Source: Rebecca billardiae RCC1528 (lineage: Eukaryota > Protista > Haptophyta). Taken from it: 64,000 nucleotides of DNA. A program made the position numbers and the translations under genes. The notes under the pieces were generated by a model. It did no database searches and had not been told where the DNA came from. It saw only the letters and a program-made list of their open reading frames with translations. This document shows positions 23,585 through 35,389 of the stretch, in pieces. The stretch is from the NCBI GenBank assembly GCA_965240325.2, contig OZ251234.1:682001-746000 (forward strand). The letters run 5' to 3'. How positions within the stretch are numbered: the stretch's first letter is position 1; the number at the start of each line of letters is the position of its first letter.

Positions 23585-25818
23585 CCCTACTCGGGCCGGG
23601 GGTTTGGTGGTTGCGAGGTTTGTAACGGTTTGTCCGCGGGACAAACCGTTTCAGCTTGGTCGGCGTGCGCTATTTTGAGCGCGCGCCTATGAAGGCAGCT
23701 GCTATTCAAAGGCGAATCGCCTATGAAGCCGGCTCCTATGTGTCAATACCTTACGGGTACTTGGGAGCGGGCTCAATAGGGCTAACCAGGCCGCGAGGCT
23801 GCGCCATGCCGCCCATCTGCACGTCGCCGAATCGGCCGCGATTCGGATGCGAGAGGCGAGGCGGAGGACGGCAGACATTCGCCACGAGCGTGGTGTCGGT
23901 CCTTGTTGCGTGCGCCGCCGTCGTGCTTGCTCCCGCCGCGGGGAAGCAGGCGCGTAGCTGCCGTCCACGCAGAAGGACAATTCCTATCGTTCAACGCATG
24001 CGCCGAGCTGTCGATCCAAGTACATGGCTGTTGGGCGACCCTCTCGCCGTTCGCGGACGCTGCCATACCGTACTGCGCGACTTCTTGCTGCTACCTGCTC
24101 CGCCCAGCTGGCACGAAGGTGGGGCGCGAGGCGTTTTGATTGGCAGATGTCTGCAAGTAGCACACCCTGACCTCGCAGCTGATGCTTCCCTCAGTGTGCT
24201 GTCCCAGTTGACAGACATGTCGTGGCTTGCATCTCGGGGGCAGGTATTCATCTTCAGTAGCGCTTCGCCGAGCTACGCCCTGCGCAAGCCGCCTCAGTGA
24301 GCGCCGCTCTGAAAGCCTCACCGACCTCTGCGTTCTATCGCGTGCCGTCTCACGCGTGATGCGGTTGAGCTGCCGTTGCGCACGGCGTGTGGCTCGAGCT
24401 CGCGCGGGGCTTGGCGACGCACACGTACGTGCGGAAAGCCGCATTGCTCTCAGCCTACGCCGCGCTCGTCCGCGCGATGGGCGCGGGCACGCTCACCGGT
24501 CAGCGCGCGCATGAGCTGCGCGCGCTGATCGCCGGTGAGCTCAGAGCTCCACGCTGCGGCGGCGAGCGGCGGGCGAGGCGCCAGCAGGAAAGCTCGCACT
24601 CGTCGACTCAGCGTTCGTCATGCTGCCCTCGCTGCCGCCCGACGCGATTGGCCTGCAGTTGAGGGCGCCAGGGTGACGCTGCGCCCGCTCCTAGGGGCAA
24701 CCGGCGCCCGGCTGAGGACGAGTCGACTGGATGCAGTATGACTATGAGTAGTCGCTGACCGTTGACGATGATGCTACGCGTACTAAGACTACTGACGATT
24801 TTGACGCGCCTCTGGTCTCGGCGGTCATCAGCTGAGCCTGCGAGTGGGACTTGTTTCTCTCACCGCTGCCATCCGCCGCCGGATATGTGACTACATGTGA
24901 GCCGACGATTATCATCACATGAGCTCGGCGCCAGCCCGATCGTAAGCAGCCTGAGCCTGAGGCCCCGGGCCCGGACGGGCGGACAGTGACAAGCTGCAGA
25001 CGACTCGACGATCAGCTGCTGACAGATGATCACGGCGACATGATGATGATGGGCGCAGTTGCGGAAGGCCCACCTGTCACGGCCTACTGCAGGATGCGCA
25101 AAGGGGTGGTCAACATTGGATATCTGCTAAGGTGACAGGAGCTGTAGCCGTGGGCCGCAGCGCGGCGCGCAGCGCGCATGCATGCACGCGCGCCTGACAG
25201 ATGCTGCGGGCACGAATGCTTGCCCTCAGCTCAACCCAGACGAGTTGAAGCATGGCAGAGTGGCGCCGTGCACACGTTCACATCGATGGCCGTGCGACCA
25301 TACAGTCTTGCCATGTACGCCCGCGAGGTCAAACCACAGCTTTGGCTTTGGATCAGGTCCGCCGAGCACCACCGCGGTACAGGCCCAAGCCTTGGCAGTG
25401 CGAGCAGGCCTCTTGAGTTCGGCGAACTGGAAAGCATGCATCACCTGGCCCACAGTGCGCAGCATCGCGAAGCTGTGGGCCAGATGGATCCCCGCGCGAA
25501 CAAGACCAATAAGGGCAATGCTCGCTACATGAGCAGATGCTGATACTCCTACGGCACCCGCTCGGGAACTTGTGCCCCGGTCTCGACATCTGGGTATCAC
25601 CCGGATCATGGGCCGGGGCATTGGCCGCCGCGCCGCCCATCCCATCAACGCAACAATCGCAGCTGCGGCCTGCTGCACCTCCGGTCCCGCGTCCTCCCCC
25701 GGCGCGGCCATCACCGTCGTGCGGCGGATCGCGTCCGCCACATTCCCGCGATTTTCCGAAAAACCGGCGGCCGATTTTTCGGAAAATCCTTACCACCAAA
25801 CCCCCGGCCCGAGTAGGG
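23585..25818. mobile_element. Non-autonomous TIR transposon with a TA target duplication
   Basis: Perfect 27-bp TIR CCCTACTCGGGCCGGGGGTTTGGTGGT, with TA on both sides and long subterminal hairpins at both ends. Confidence 0.9.
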
Positions 25819-26369
25819 TACTGGGTCGGCACCGGAAGCTTCTGATGAGCCGGCCGTTCGGTCTGGACCGGCCCGGCCGCGGGTGGACGCATCGCCCGCC
25901 GGCCGGCGCCGGCGGGTCTTACAAATGGTACGATACGTACAGTCATGGTCAGTACTTTAACAGTCATCAGTGGTTTTGAAAGGCTCATCCTTGGCTGAAG
26001 AGCCGCGCGGCGCGGGCACAACATGATGGCGAGTTGGCGGCGAGGAGTCACGCACGTGGCAGCAGCGCGCGTTCCTATCCCCAAGCGACGCGGCGTGACG
26101 CGCGCGTGCATGGCACGGGCAAGGCCGCGCTCGAGCGGGCTCTCAAAAGAGCCCACGCCGGCTGAGCAGTGACTGTGCGCCACACTCGGCCGCTCGTGCG
26201 CTCGCCCCCGTGCGCATGCGATTGTGGATGCTCACGTGGCACCCCAACAGCCCTCTATAAAATGGGGCGCGTGATGGCCGGCTTCCAGGCGGTGATTCCA
26301 GACGTTCAACACATCGCCAAGCTGCCCGCAAAGCACGGCTGCCCTGAGACGCCTCCTCGTGCAATCAGC

Positions 26370-27152
26370 ACAATAAATTACCCTATGGAGAGCACACCTG
26401 CACATCACACCTTCTCCTGGCCGCCTAGGCTTGCATGACGGGCACCTGCGGCCCCAGCACTCTCCATTCGGTCGAGCTGCACCCACCCATCATGACTTCA
26501 GCCGGGTGGGTGACAATTGGAGGACTCCTCTGGGCAGCACGTGAAGCCGGCCAGCTCGGACGTGACAGTGGCCGACAGGCTCTCGACTGGCTCCCACACC
26601 CCTTTCAGCCCAGCTTGTAGCACAGCGCGCCGCTGATTTTCGGCGGAGCCTCGTGTGCTGTGCTACAGGGCATACCCAATCAGCAGGTGGGCCGCTGGCA
26701 GGCTAGGTGCATCTGGTGCACTGTGGTGGCCATTCCCCGACCACCACCCGCAGAGACGTGGCCTGCGCACTGAAACCGCACTGCTCACGCCAGACTGTAC
26801 TGCTAGGCTGGCTGCTAGGCAGTATCAAAGGCCATCCAGCTGCAGCGCCAGGGCCCACTATACAGCTGCTACACTCCCAGCCAGCCAGCCCACAGCCTGC
26901 TCAGGGGGTGAATTTCCATCCCTGCCTGCCCTCGTGGTGGTCCAGCACCCCCGCGCAGCACCCGTCAGCCGGTTGTGCACCTGCATTCAATTTATCTGAC
27001 TGACTCAGCCCACACACCCGCCCAGCTCATACCCACCTGGTCTGTGAGGGCTATAGGTGCAGTAACAGATAGCATGCAGCAGTGGGCCTCAAACAGTGAC
27101 GGAGCTGGTATAGACAGCCAAACACAAGGGTAACCAATTGTTGAGGGGACTG
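26370..27152 (+). mobile_element. Tc1/mariner-like MITE, copy 2 (lacks the first ~11 bp)
   Basis: Direct repeat of 21421-22163 with ~40 extra bp near 26640-26680. Ends GGGGACTG followed by TA. Confidence 0.8.
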
Positions 27153-27543
27153 TACTTGCTAGCCCGGCGACTATATATATATATAGGCACAACCGCCACA
27201 GCCACAGGCTCTGGCTTCGGTTGACCCCTGCCAGAGACGGGCACTGTGAGCTCCTTCATGTGTCGGAAGTCACTCGTGAAAACTGCACGGCAGGAGGACC
27301 TCAATGGATGCCTAGATGAATGATTAATGATGACTTCATTCACGGAGCATCACTGACCGAATTGCCCGGAGGCGGAGCGGCCTGAACTGAAGCACTTCAG
27401 ACTCTATAGTTCAGACTCTATTTTTATACTAGATGTATTTACCCATTTCAGACTCTGGTCAGAACATGGTCCGGGAGCGATCCGGATGCACCCGTAGCTA
27501 TTGGAAATGTGTCACCGGACTGGGTAAATAGCTATGAAAAATA

Positions 27544-29990
27544 GGACCGCGTTCCGCGGTCCTTTTCCGTAGAACCAACGCAGTTGGGGGCCCGCGGCGC
27601 AGTGGTTGAGAATGAGACTGACGAGTCGACCAGTTGCACGCGTGAGCGCCGAAAAAACGACACTTTGGCAGTGATAGTCACAGTCGCCGCCTCGGTCAGC
27701 ATGCCGCTGCCGCCGGCAGCAGCGGCAGCGGGAGCGTGGCAGCGGGTCTACCACCTTCTGCGTTACACGCTGCGTCGTGCGCGCCAGGTGGCAGGTGTCC
27801 CCTGTCTGCCGCGCGGACTAGGCAGCGGTCGGCGAGCGCAGAGGTGAGAAGGAAGGCGCGCACGCATCGTGAGAGCTTCACGGCAGCTTGCCCACGCGCT
27901 TCACTCGTAGGCGGTGAGGTTGCGTGCGCACGCCTTCTGTACCCGTACACGCGATCGCAGCGTGAGCCACTCCAGCCTGCCTGCGCATCGCGGGCCGAGC
28001 CGCCGGCGCCTCGTCTCCTGAATCCTCGTTCACGAGGACAGCACGTGTATGTATCCGTGGCGCGCTCGCTGCCGATGGCGGCTCCCCGTGTCGAGGGCGT
28101 TTGGCTGGAGCCGCATCCAGGGCATATATCGTCACGGTCCCACCCGATGCTGACGCTGAGGTGGCGCGCTTGCCGAAGGCAGCAGCATTGGCTGATGCCT
28201 TCTGCATTGGCCACCTCTGCGCGACCGCGCGTTCACGCTGCCGGCGCGCGGGCGGCGTCGCTTGGTGGGCACCTGCCTTGGGTTTTGTCGTTCGTTCTCA
28301 GCGACGGTTGGGTCGATTGACATGCCGATTGGATTGGGGCATTGCGAATCGGCTTCGCAATGCCCCGTTCCGCTCGGATCGGCGCGGGCGTCAGCCATGC
28401 GGCAGCGCGAGTGACAAAACCGACATTTCATACGCATGTCGTTTTTTCATACGCTCACGGGTACTCACCCGTGCAACGGGTCAGTCAGTCAGTCCGAGTC
28501 AGAAAGACAGTTCAGCCACTCTGAGAGGGAGAGTCAGACCCACCGAGTCTCGGACTCGGCGCGAGTATGCGGGCGCGCACGGCCAAGGGTGGCATGGGAC
28601 ACCAGCGGACGGGCCGCGCGGGGAAGCGGGGCGGCGCGCTCGCAGGGCGAGAGGCGCGGACGGGCCGCGCGGGGAAGCGGGGCGGCGGCGCGCGCAGGGC
28701 GAGAGGGCGAGAGGCGCCGCGCGGCGCCGGGCCGGCGCGTGCGCGCGTGCGGGCGCACCTGCTTCAGCTTGCAAGGTGCTCGCGCTGCGCCATGCGCTCG
28801 ATCGACGAAGGGCCGCTGGTCGCGAGCCGGCGCGTGCGCGCGAGCGGGCGCACCTGCTTGAGGTACTCGCCCTGCGCCATGCGCTCGACGACGGGCCGCT
28901 GGTCGCTCAGCCGGCACGCCTCGTGCCGGCAGAGCGAGAGCGCGCGCCACTGCAGACTGCTGGCCCGCCGCGGCCTGCCGGCTGCGCAGCCGCGCACCGA
29001 GACCGACCGAGCGGAGCTCGGGGCGGTGGAACGAGGCGAGCGGCGCGTCGCGCCTGCCGCCGCGCGTGCGCGCCTGCTCCACCGCGCCGCCGTGCTCGCC
29101 CGCCGCCTCCTCCGCCGCGTCGGCCTCGAAGACGGCGGCTGCCAGCGGCAGGCTGAGCTGCGCGCGGCTCACTCACACTGTCTGTGAGTCCTCACGCTGC
29201 TGCCGGACCTCCGCGCCGCCGTCGACCGAGTTGAGGAGGAGCTCGGGCTCGGCGTCGAGGCGCGAGCTCGCGTGCTCGAGCTCGCCCTTCAGCCGCGCGA
29301 GCTCCGGGCGCATCCGGCTCATCAGCTCTGCCGCGCCGCTCGCTCGGCGGCGGCGGGCGGCGCGCTCTGCTCCGGTCGGCGAGCGACGAGCTCGCGTGCT
29401 CCGGACTCGGCTCGCCCTTGCGCGCTGCTCCTCGAGTGACGAACGCGCCCGCGGGCAGGTTGTTGCCCGTCGCCCCCGCCGCGATCTCGCCGCCCCCGCC
29501 GCGATCTCGTCGCGCATGTGTCCGTGGCGCGCGCCTGCGAGGTGACAGGCGGGCCGCGAGCTCAGCCTCGGGGAGAGCGGAGCGAGGGCGAGACGCGCGG
29601 CCTGCGAGGCGACAGGCGCGCTCGGGGAGAGCATTTTACTATTCACAGTTAGAAGTGATCAAGTTTCCCGATCCCTTGCCTTGCCGTTTTTATCGGTTGG
29701 CGGTTGGCGGCAATCTCATACTTAAAATCGCGCTCGTAACGAACCGTTACACTAATGTCACGTCCAGCTGACGTCCGGATCGCACTTTACTTAAGGGAAT
29801 CAGCTGGGCGCGGTTTTTTTCGGCCTAATAGACCTCTCTATGCGATCTCAAAAACTCGAAACTCGGTCTCCGCCAGCCCTAAAAATCGCCCCCCGTCCCT
29901 TTTTTCTTGATCAAAGATCTTTTTGAAACGTGGTTCGGGCCCGCTGGTGCGGGCTCCACGCTGCGCGCTCCGCCCTGCACCGCGGGCCAT
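27544..29990 (-). mobile_element. Helitron2/Helentron-like element A1 with a captured coiled-coil gene fragment
   Basis: The 5' end ATGGCCCGCGGTG is at 29990 (-). The inverted sub-TIR is at 27589-27597, followed by CAAC-GCA-GTTG and the terminal hairpin GGACCGCG-TTC-CGCGGTCC at 27544-27562. The cargo at ~28600-29600 reads ELMSRMRPELARLKGELEHASSRL on the minus strand. Confidence 0.75.
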
Positions 29991-30042
29991 AAAGATTAGC
30001 AGAGACAGAAATAGAGTCTGAAGTACAGGCAATCGCGGGCAA

Positions 30043-31508
30043 GGACCGCGTTCCGCGGTCCTTTTCTGCATAGAATAAACGCAGTTGGGGGCCCGCGGTG
30101 GCCGTGCAATCGCGGCTCTCCGCCCAAGGGGCTTACAAAATACCACTGGGGGCGAAACACAGCTGTCGGATGCGATGTACATGTAAGACGGACAGCGTCC
30201 GGTCAGCGGAAAACACTGTGCGAGAAGTTTGAATCCGGGAAAGCGGGTAATCTGTCGTGACCTTATCATATTCTTCCCAGGCATTCCGGTGTTTTCCTCA
30301 TACGAGCTCCCGGACACTTTCCGTCTCATGTACATCGCATCCGACGGGCTCCTCACTGGCGCTTTCGCCCCCAGTGGTATTTTGTAAGCCCCTTGCTCCG
30401 CCGTCAACTAGTGGCAGTTATTCGCCAGTTGAAGTCGGTTCTGAGATGACTGAAGCTATTAGTCCGACCGTCGCCCTGCCTGCGCGAGGTCCCGCGAGAC
30501 TCATTCACACTTCACACACTCACAGCAGCGGACCTGAGACCGCACCCGGCACCGGTCGTCAAATCGGACGTCCGTCTGACAACTAGCTGCCAAATGTCCA
30601 ACTGGCTGATCAGCTCGGATCCGACCCGTCCGCGATCGTGCCATCGGCATCGGACGTCCGTCTGACAACTATTACTACTAGTAGCTGCCAAACTGTCCAA
30701 CTCTGGCTGCTTTAGCGCTGCGGCCCGTGCCAGCCAACGACCAGACGTACTCTGGCCACTTGACCCGTTGCACGGGTGAGTGACCGTACGCCCAGACGCC
30801 CTGCCTACTGCGCGAGCCGCGCGACTCGGGGTGATGGAGAGCGGATGGCGACAGCAGCAGCAGTCCTCATGAAGACGATGAAACTGGCGGCACGGGTGCA
30901 CGAGGTGGCAGGCGAAAGCGCGCCGACGAGACCGCATTTGACACTCCTGAGCCGCACGCGCGTGCCGTCGCCGAGCGGCGAGCGCTGCAAACGCGCAACT
31001 ACCGCGCGCGCCACGACGGCGCGGCACTAGCTGATGCAGGCCGTACTGCCGGCACTGCTTCTGCGATCATGCGCCACGGTCGCAGCTGACTGCGTGAGCA
31101 GCAAGCGGGAGGCGGGTCCGGAGGCACGTGCAGGCGCGCTCGAAGCCAGGGGTTGCCGTCCCGCATCCGCCATCGTGCCGCCGCCGGGGCACGTCACCTC
31201 CGACGATCCGGATGTGGCCCAGTCCGGACGTCACGCGATCCGGGACGACGAATACGATTCGCTCGTAACGAACCGTTACGTTAAAGTCACGTCCACTTTA
31301 CTTAGGGAATCAGCTGGACGCGGTGTTTTTCGGCCTAATAGTAATAGACCTCTCTATGCGATATCAAAAACTCGAAACTCGATATCTCCGCCAGCCCTAA
31401 AAATCGCCCCCCGTCCCTTTTTTCTTGATCAAAGATCATTTTGAAACGTGGTTCGGGCCCTGCAGTGCGGGCTCCACGCTGCGCGCTCCGCCCTGCACCG
31501 CGGGCCAT
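30043..31508 (-). mobile_element. Helitron2/Helentron-like element A2
   Basis: It has the same ~250-bp 5' region as A1 (31260-31508 vs 29730-29990) and the same terminal hairpin at 30043-30061, with a different interior. Confidence 0.75.
30125..30395. mobile_element. P-like MITE (271 bp) inserted in A2
   Basis: Perfect 33-bp TIR CAAGGGGCTTACAAAATACCACTGGGGGCGAAA and 7-bp TSD CTCCGCC. The empty site is visible in the paralogous end near 37350. Confidence 0.95.
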
Positions 31509-31510
31509 AA

Positions 31511-32034
31511 GGAGCTGTCACGTTAAGAAACTGGGGCTTGCTATCTGCGGATCTGGCCTAGAAACTGAGACTAGCGATTGGCTGGTTCGCTATACGCATA
31601 GTCACACTAAGAAACCGGGACTACGTCGAGTCGTCGTCGCGGCTGACGAGTGGTCCGCCGAGGCGCAGTCGGCCCGTGGGACGCGGCGCGCGCCCCGACT
31701 ACGAGTACAGGCCAAGTCCAGACTTCTCCTGATGACTGACTCCTGGCCAGTGCACCGCAGCCTCCATGCAACATCATGCCAGATTTGCTCCAAAATGATG
31801 GCCCAATTTTTTCTTCGGCCTCGCCGGCCGGGCCTAAAGACTCAGCGGGGGGCTCTGCCCCCCTGCGCCCCCCGCGCCTGCGCGGCGGGCGGACCTAGCT
31901 AGCTAAGAAACTGAGACTCCGTAGGCGCTCGGGCTACCGAAACGGCTAAGAAACCGAGACTAGCCGTGAGATCTCTGACTTCTTATTGCCCGCGATTGCC
32001 TGTATAGTCATCACAAACTGAGTTTCACACCCTG
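31511..32034. mobile_element. hAT-like MITE remnant
   Basis: About five AGAAACYGRGACT-like subterminal motifs, a GC-rich palindromic block similar to 8815-8910, and an end ...TTTCACACCCTG. No TSD was found. Confidence 0.45.
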
Positions 32035-32645
32035 CTGGGCACTTATATTCACTTATTATTGGCTGACATCCATAGTGATAGTAACGCCCTACTTGGAGCC
32101 CTGTGGGACACTTCGGGCGTTCATTCGGCCGCAGGAATGCGAAGATCATTTTCGGTACGCCCGCGGTTTCTATGACCCGGTATGACCGGACTGGCAAGTG
32201 GCACTGGCAGGCCGCAGGCGGCCGTCCGACTGGCGTCCGAGTCAATCGGGTGGCACTGGGAGCCGCGCACGGAGCCCAGACTCCAGAGGGCCAGAGCCCG
32301 TGCCAGACGGGCCGAGAGGCAGCGGAAGGCCAGAAGAGACAGCTCAGAAGAGTCACGAGTTGAGAGTGTGTGACTTGTACGCTGCGAGTCTGCGACGCAG
32401 TTACGGCGTTACGCTGGCAGGTCCCTCTGAGGCTGAGCGCCCACAGTGTACGCAGGTCCCTAGCGGCAGATTCCAAGAGCCGGCCCCGGCGGGCCTCGGC
32501 ACGCCCTCGGCACGCCCATGGTCAGCAGTCGCGCCGCCGTGCCGGCAGTGGTTGTGTGCTGACTGCCCGGGGCGTGCCAGGGGACGTGCGCCGAGCGCGA
32601 GCGCCTCGGCCGGCCACGCGCCCGTGAGACAGGGCGCACCGACGC

Positions 32646-33679
32646 CTACTGCGGGAAGGTCACCTTGTCCGGGATCTCGAGCTTGTCACCATCCTCGAAG
32701 AACTGCTTGTACTGGCTGATCAGGTTGGTGTTGTAGCTCTCGCAGAACTGCTTGTCCTCGGCAGTGAGCAAGTACTCGAACTTGGGCGTGCGCGCGAGCA
32801 TGTCCGCCTGCTGCGTCCAGCGCCACTGGAAGTCGTACTCCGGAGTGCCCTCGATCGTGTACAGGCAGGTGTTCGGATCTGCGCGAGTGCAGCGCAGCGC
32901 GCGCGCGGCGCGCGGTGAGCCGCAGCACGCCCCCAACGCCATCGCACGCGAGGGGCGTGCCCTGGCACGCGCGCGCGGGGCTGCGAGCGCAGACTCGAGC
33001 CGCCGCCCGCGCGCGCACCCTTGGGCTCGCCGACCGTGGGGAGCACGCCGCCCGCCTTCTGCGCGGCGATCGCATCGTCGATCGCCGCGGAGATGTTCTT
33101 GGCCGAGGTCGGGTTGTCCTTGGCGAACGCCGCGACCATCGACTCGGTCGCCTTCATGTCCTCGAGCGCCTCCTTGCCCCATTCGGGCAGCGAGGCGAAG
33201 GTGGGGCTGTCCGCGCCCACCTTGCCCGACGCGAAGTCGCTCAAGAAGCCCGCCCCGCGCACCGCGCCCGCCGCCTCCTTCTGCTTCCACGCCTGGTCGG
33301 CCGTGAGCTTCTCAAAGTCAGCCATCTTGCCGGTCGCACTGAGGTAATCGCGGAACTTGAGCGCCTGCAGCCGCATCTTGCGCGCGACGAACTGCTCGGC
33401 AAGGCCCAGGCCCTTGATGTCCGCCTCCGCCAGGCCGGTCTGGGAGCCCCCCACTGCCACCTTCTTCCCCAGCGTGGCCGCCTTGCACATCTCGAACATC
33501 TTCGCAAAGGCCTTCTGGTCGCCCGCAGCCGCAGAGAAGCTGTCGTCCGGCGAGATCGGCGTGAAGAACTTCTCCATGCCGAACACCGGCTCAGCTGCGG
33601 CCGCGGTGCTCAGCCGCGCGCTGCATGGCACCGCCGCCGCTCGGGCGAGCAGCCTCGACGAGCCAAGGGCGACCAGCAT
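32646..33679 (-). CDS. Two-exon gene for a probable mitochondrial protein of unknown function (297 aa)
   Basis: Exon 1 33679-33019, GT-AG intron 33018-32879 and exon 2 32878-32646 join in frame (GEPK-D-PNTC). It has an Arg/Ala/Ser-rich presequence MLVALGSSRLLARAAAVPCSARLST and strong codon bias. Confidence 0.85.
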
Positions 33680-33908
33680 CGCGGAGCACCTTGCCCGATG
33701 AAGCGAGGCCCGACCCCGAAAGTCCGGACGCGTGCTTCGGAATGAATCCTGCCAGAAATCGTTTTCCGCGAATGCCATTTTCTAGGCGCAATTTTGAGTT
33801 TTCGAGGGCATCACTTTTCGCGCGCGCGCTGCGCGCTGCTCACAAGGAGGCTCGAACGTAACAGTTGCTGCGCTTTCGGAAGCCGTTGTCGTCGCGGCTG
33901 CTGCAGCC

Positions 33909-35354
33909 ATGGCTGTCGGGTGCGCGGCTGGCAGGGCCAGGCCGCCGCTGAGGCCCGTCATCGCCCTGGCCCTCGCCGTGGCGGCGAGTCCGACGGTCGT
34001 CCTACCGCAGCCATTCTCACCCTCGCCGCTGCCACCCAGTCCGCCGCCGCCCAGACCGCCCCCACCCAGCCCACCGCCTCCGAGCCCACCGCCGCCGAGC
34101 CCACCACCGCCATCGCACCTGGCTCGGCCACCGCCAGGAGGGCTGATGCTCAGCCCGCCACCGTCGCCGCCCGTGGGCAGCTCGCCCGTTCCACCCCCTC
34201 CTTCTCCGACCGTCTCGCCCTCCGCATCACCGATGCCGCCGCCATCGCCGCCGCCGCTGCCACCGCCTCCGCCACCTGCAGCTCCGCCGCCCTCGCCGCC
34301 CTCGCCGCCCTCACCGCACCCGCCACCGCTGCCTCCCTCCCCGCCGCAGCCGCCAACGCCGCCTCCGAGCCCACCGCCACGCCTGCCACCGCCGAGCCCA
34401 CCGCCGAGCCCGCCGCCGAGCCCGCCGCCACGCCCGCCGCCACCGGGCCCGCCGCCGAGCCCGCCACCACCACCGTCGCCGCGACCGCCGCCGTCACCGC
34501 CGCCGCCCTCGCCGCCGCCGCCGCTCCCGCCCCCCTCGCCGCCACCGCCCTCGCCACCTCCATCGCCGCCGAGCCCGCCCTCGCCCCCGTCCGCACCGCC
34601 GCCGCCGCCGCCGCCGTGCACGGCGGGCGACGTGTGCCGTGCAGAGTCGCAGTGCGTGCCGCGCACCGTGTGCACGGACGAGGGGAGCTGTCCGTACGAG
34701 CCGCGTCCGGACGGCACGGCGTGCGACGACGGCGACCGGACCACGGTGTTCGACAGCTGCCTGCTCAGCGACTGCGGCGGGCAGCGCACCGTCGTGCTCA
34801 CCCTCTCGGTGAACGAGACGCACGTGAGCGCGCAGGGCGCGGCGCTCGCCGAGGCCATCCGGGCAGAGCTTCAGGCTGTTCTGCTCGAGGCCCTCGAGCT
34901 GCCGGCGGGCACGCTCAGGGTGGTGGAGGTGCTGCTCGGACGGGGCGCCGGCGCGCGGCGGCAGCTGCAGGACGGCGCGCTCGAGGCGCGCGCGCGCGTC
35001 GGCGTGGGCAACTTCGCGGCCCTCGGCGTGAACGCGACAGCCGTGCTGTCACGCATCGCGGCGCCGGCGATGCTCGCTCAGATCAGCGCTGCAAGCCGCG
35101 CGTTCTCGGTCACGGCCGCCTCGGAGGGCGAGTTCGCGTGGGCGATCTCGGCGAGCGAGACCGTCGGGGAGTGCGCGATCCCAGATGGGATGCGCCCGGA
35201 CTGCGGCGACCACGGCCGGATCGAGCGGCTGCTCATCTGCGTGCTGGAGGGCGGAGGCTGGTCGGAGGCGGACGCTGCCGCGCAGCTGAGCGCGTGCGCC
35301 GCGCTGCCTCGGCCCGCGCCGCAGTTCCGCGCGTGCACGGTCGTGTGCAGGGAA

Positions 35355-35389
<35 letters not shown>

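Noticed and set aside
21410-27152. LTR retrotransposon with 750-bp LTRs
   Set aside because: The repeats have TIRs and TA flanks rather than TG...CA ends, and there is no PBS, PPT or pol.
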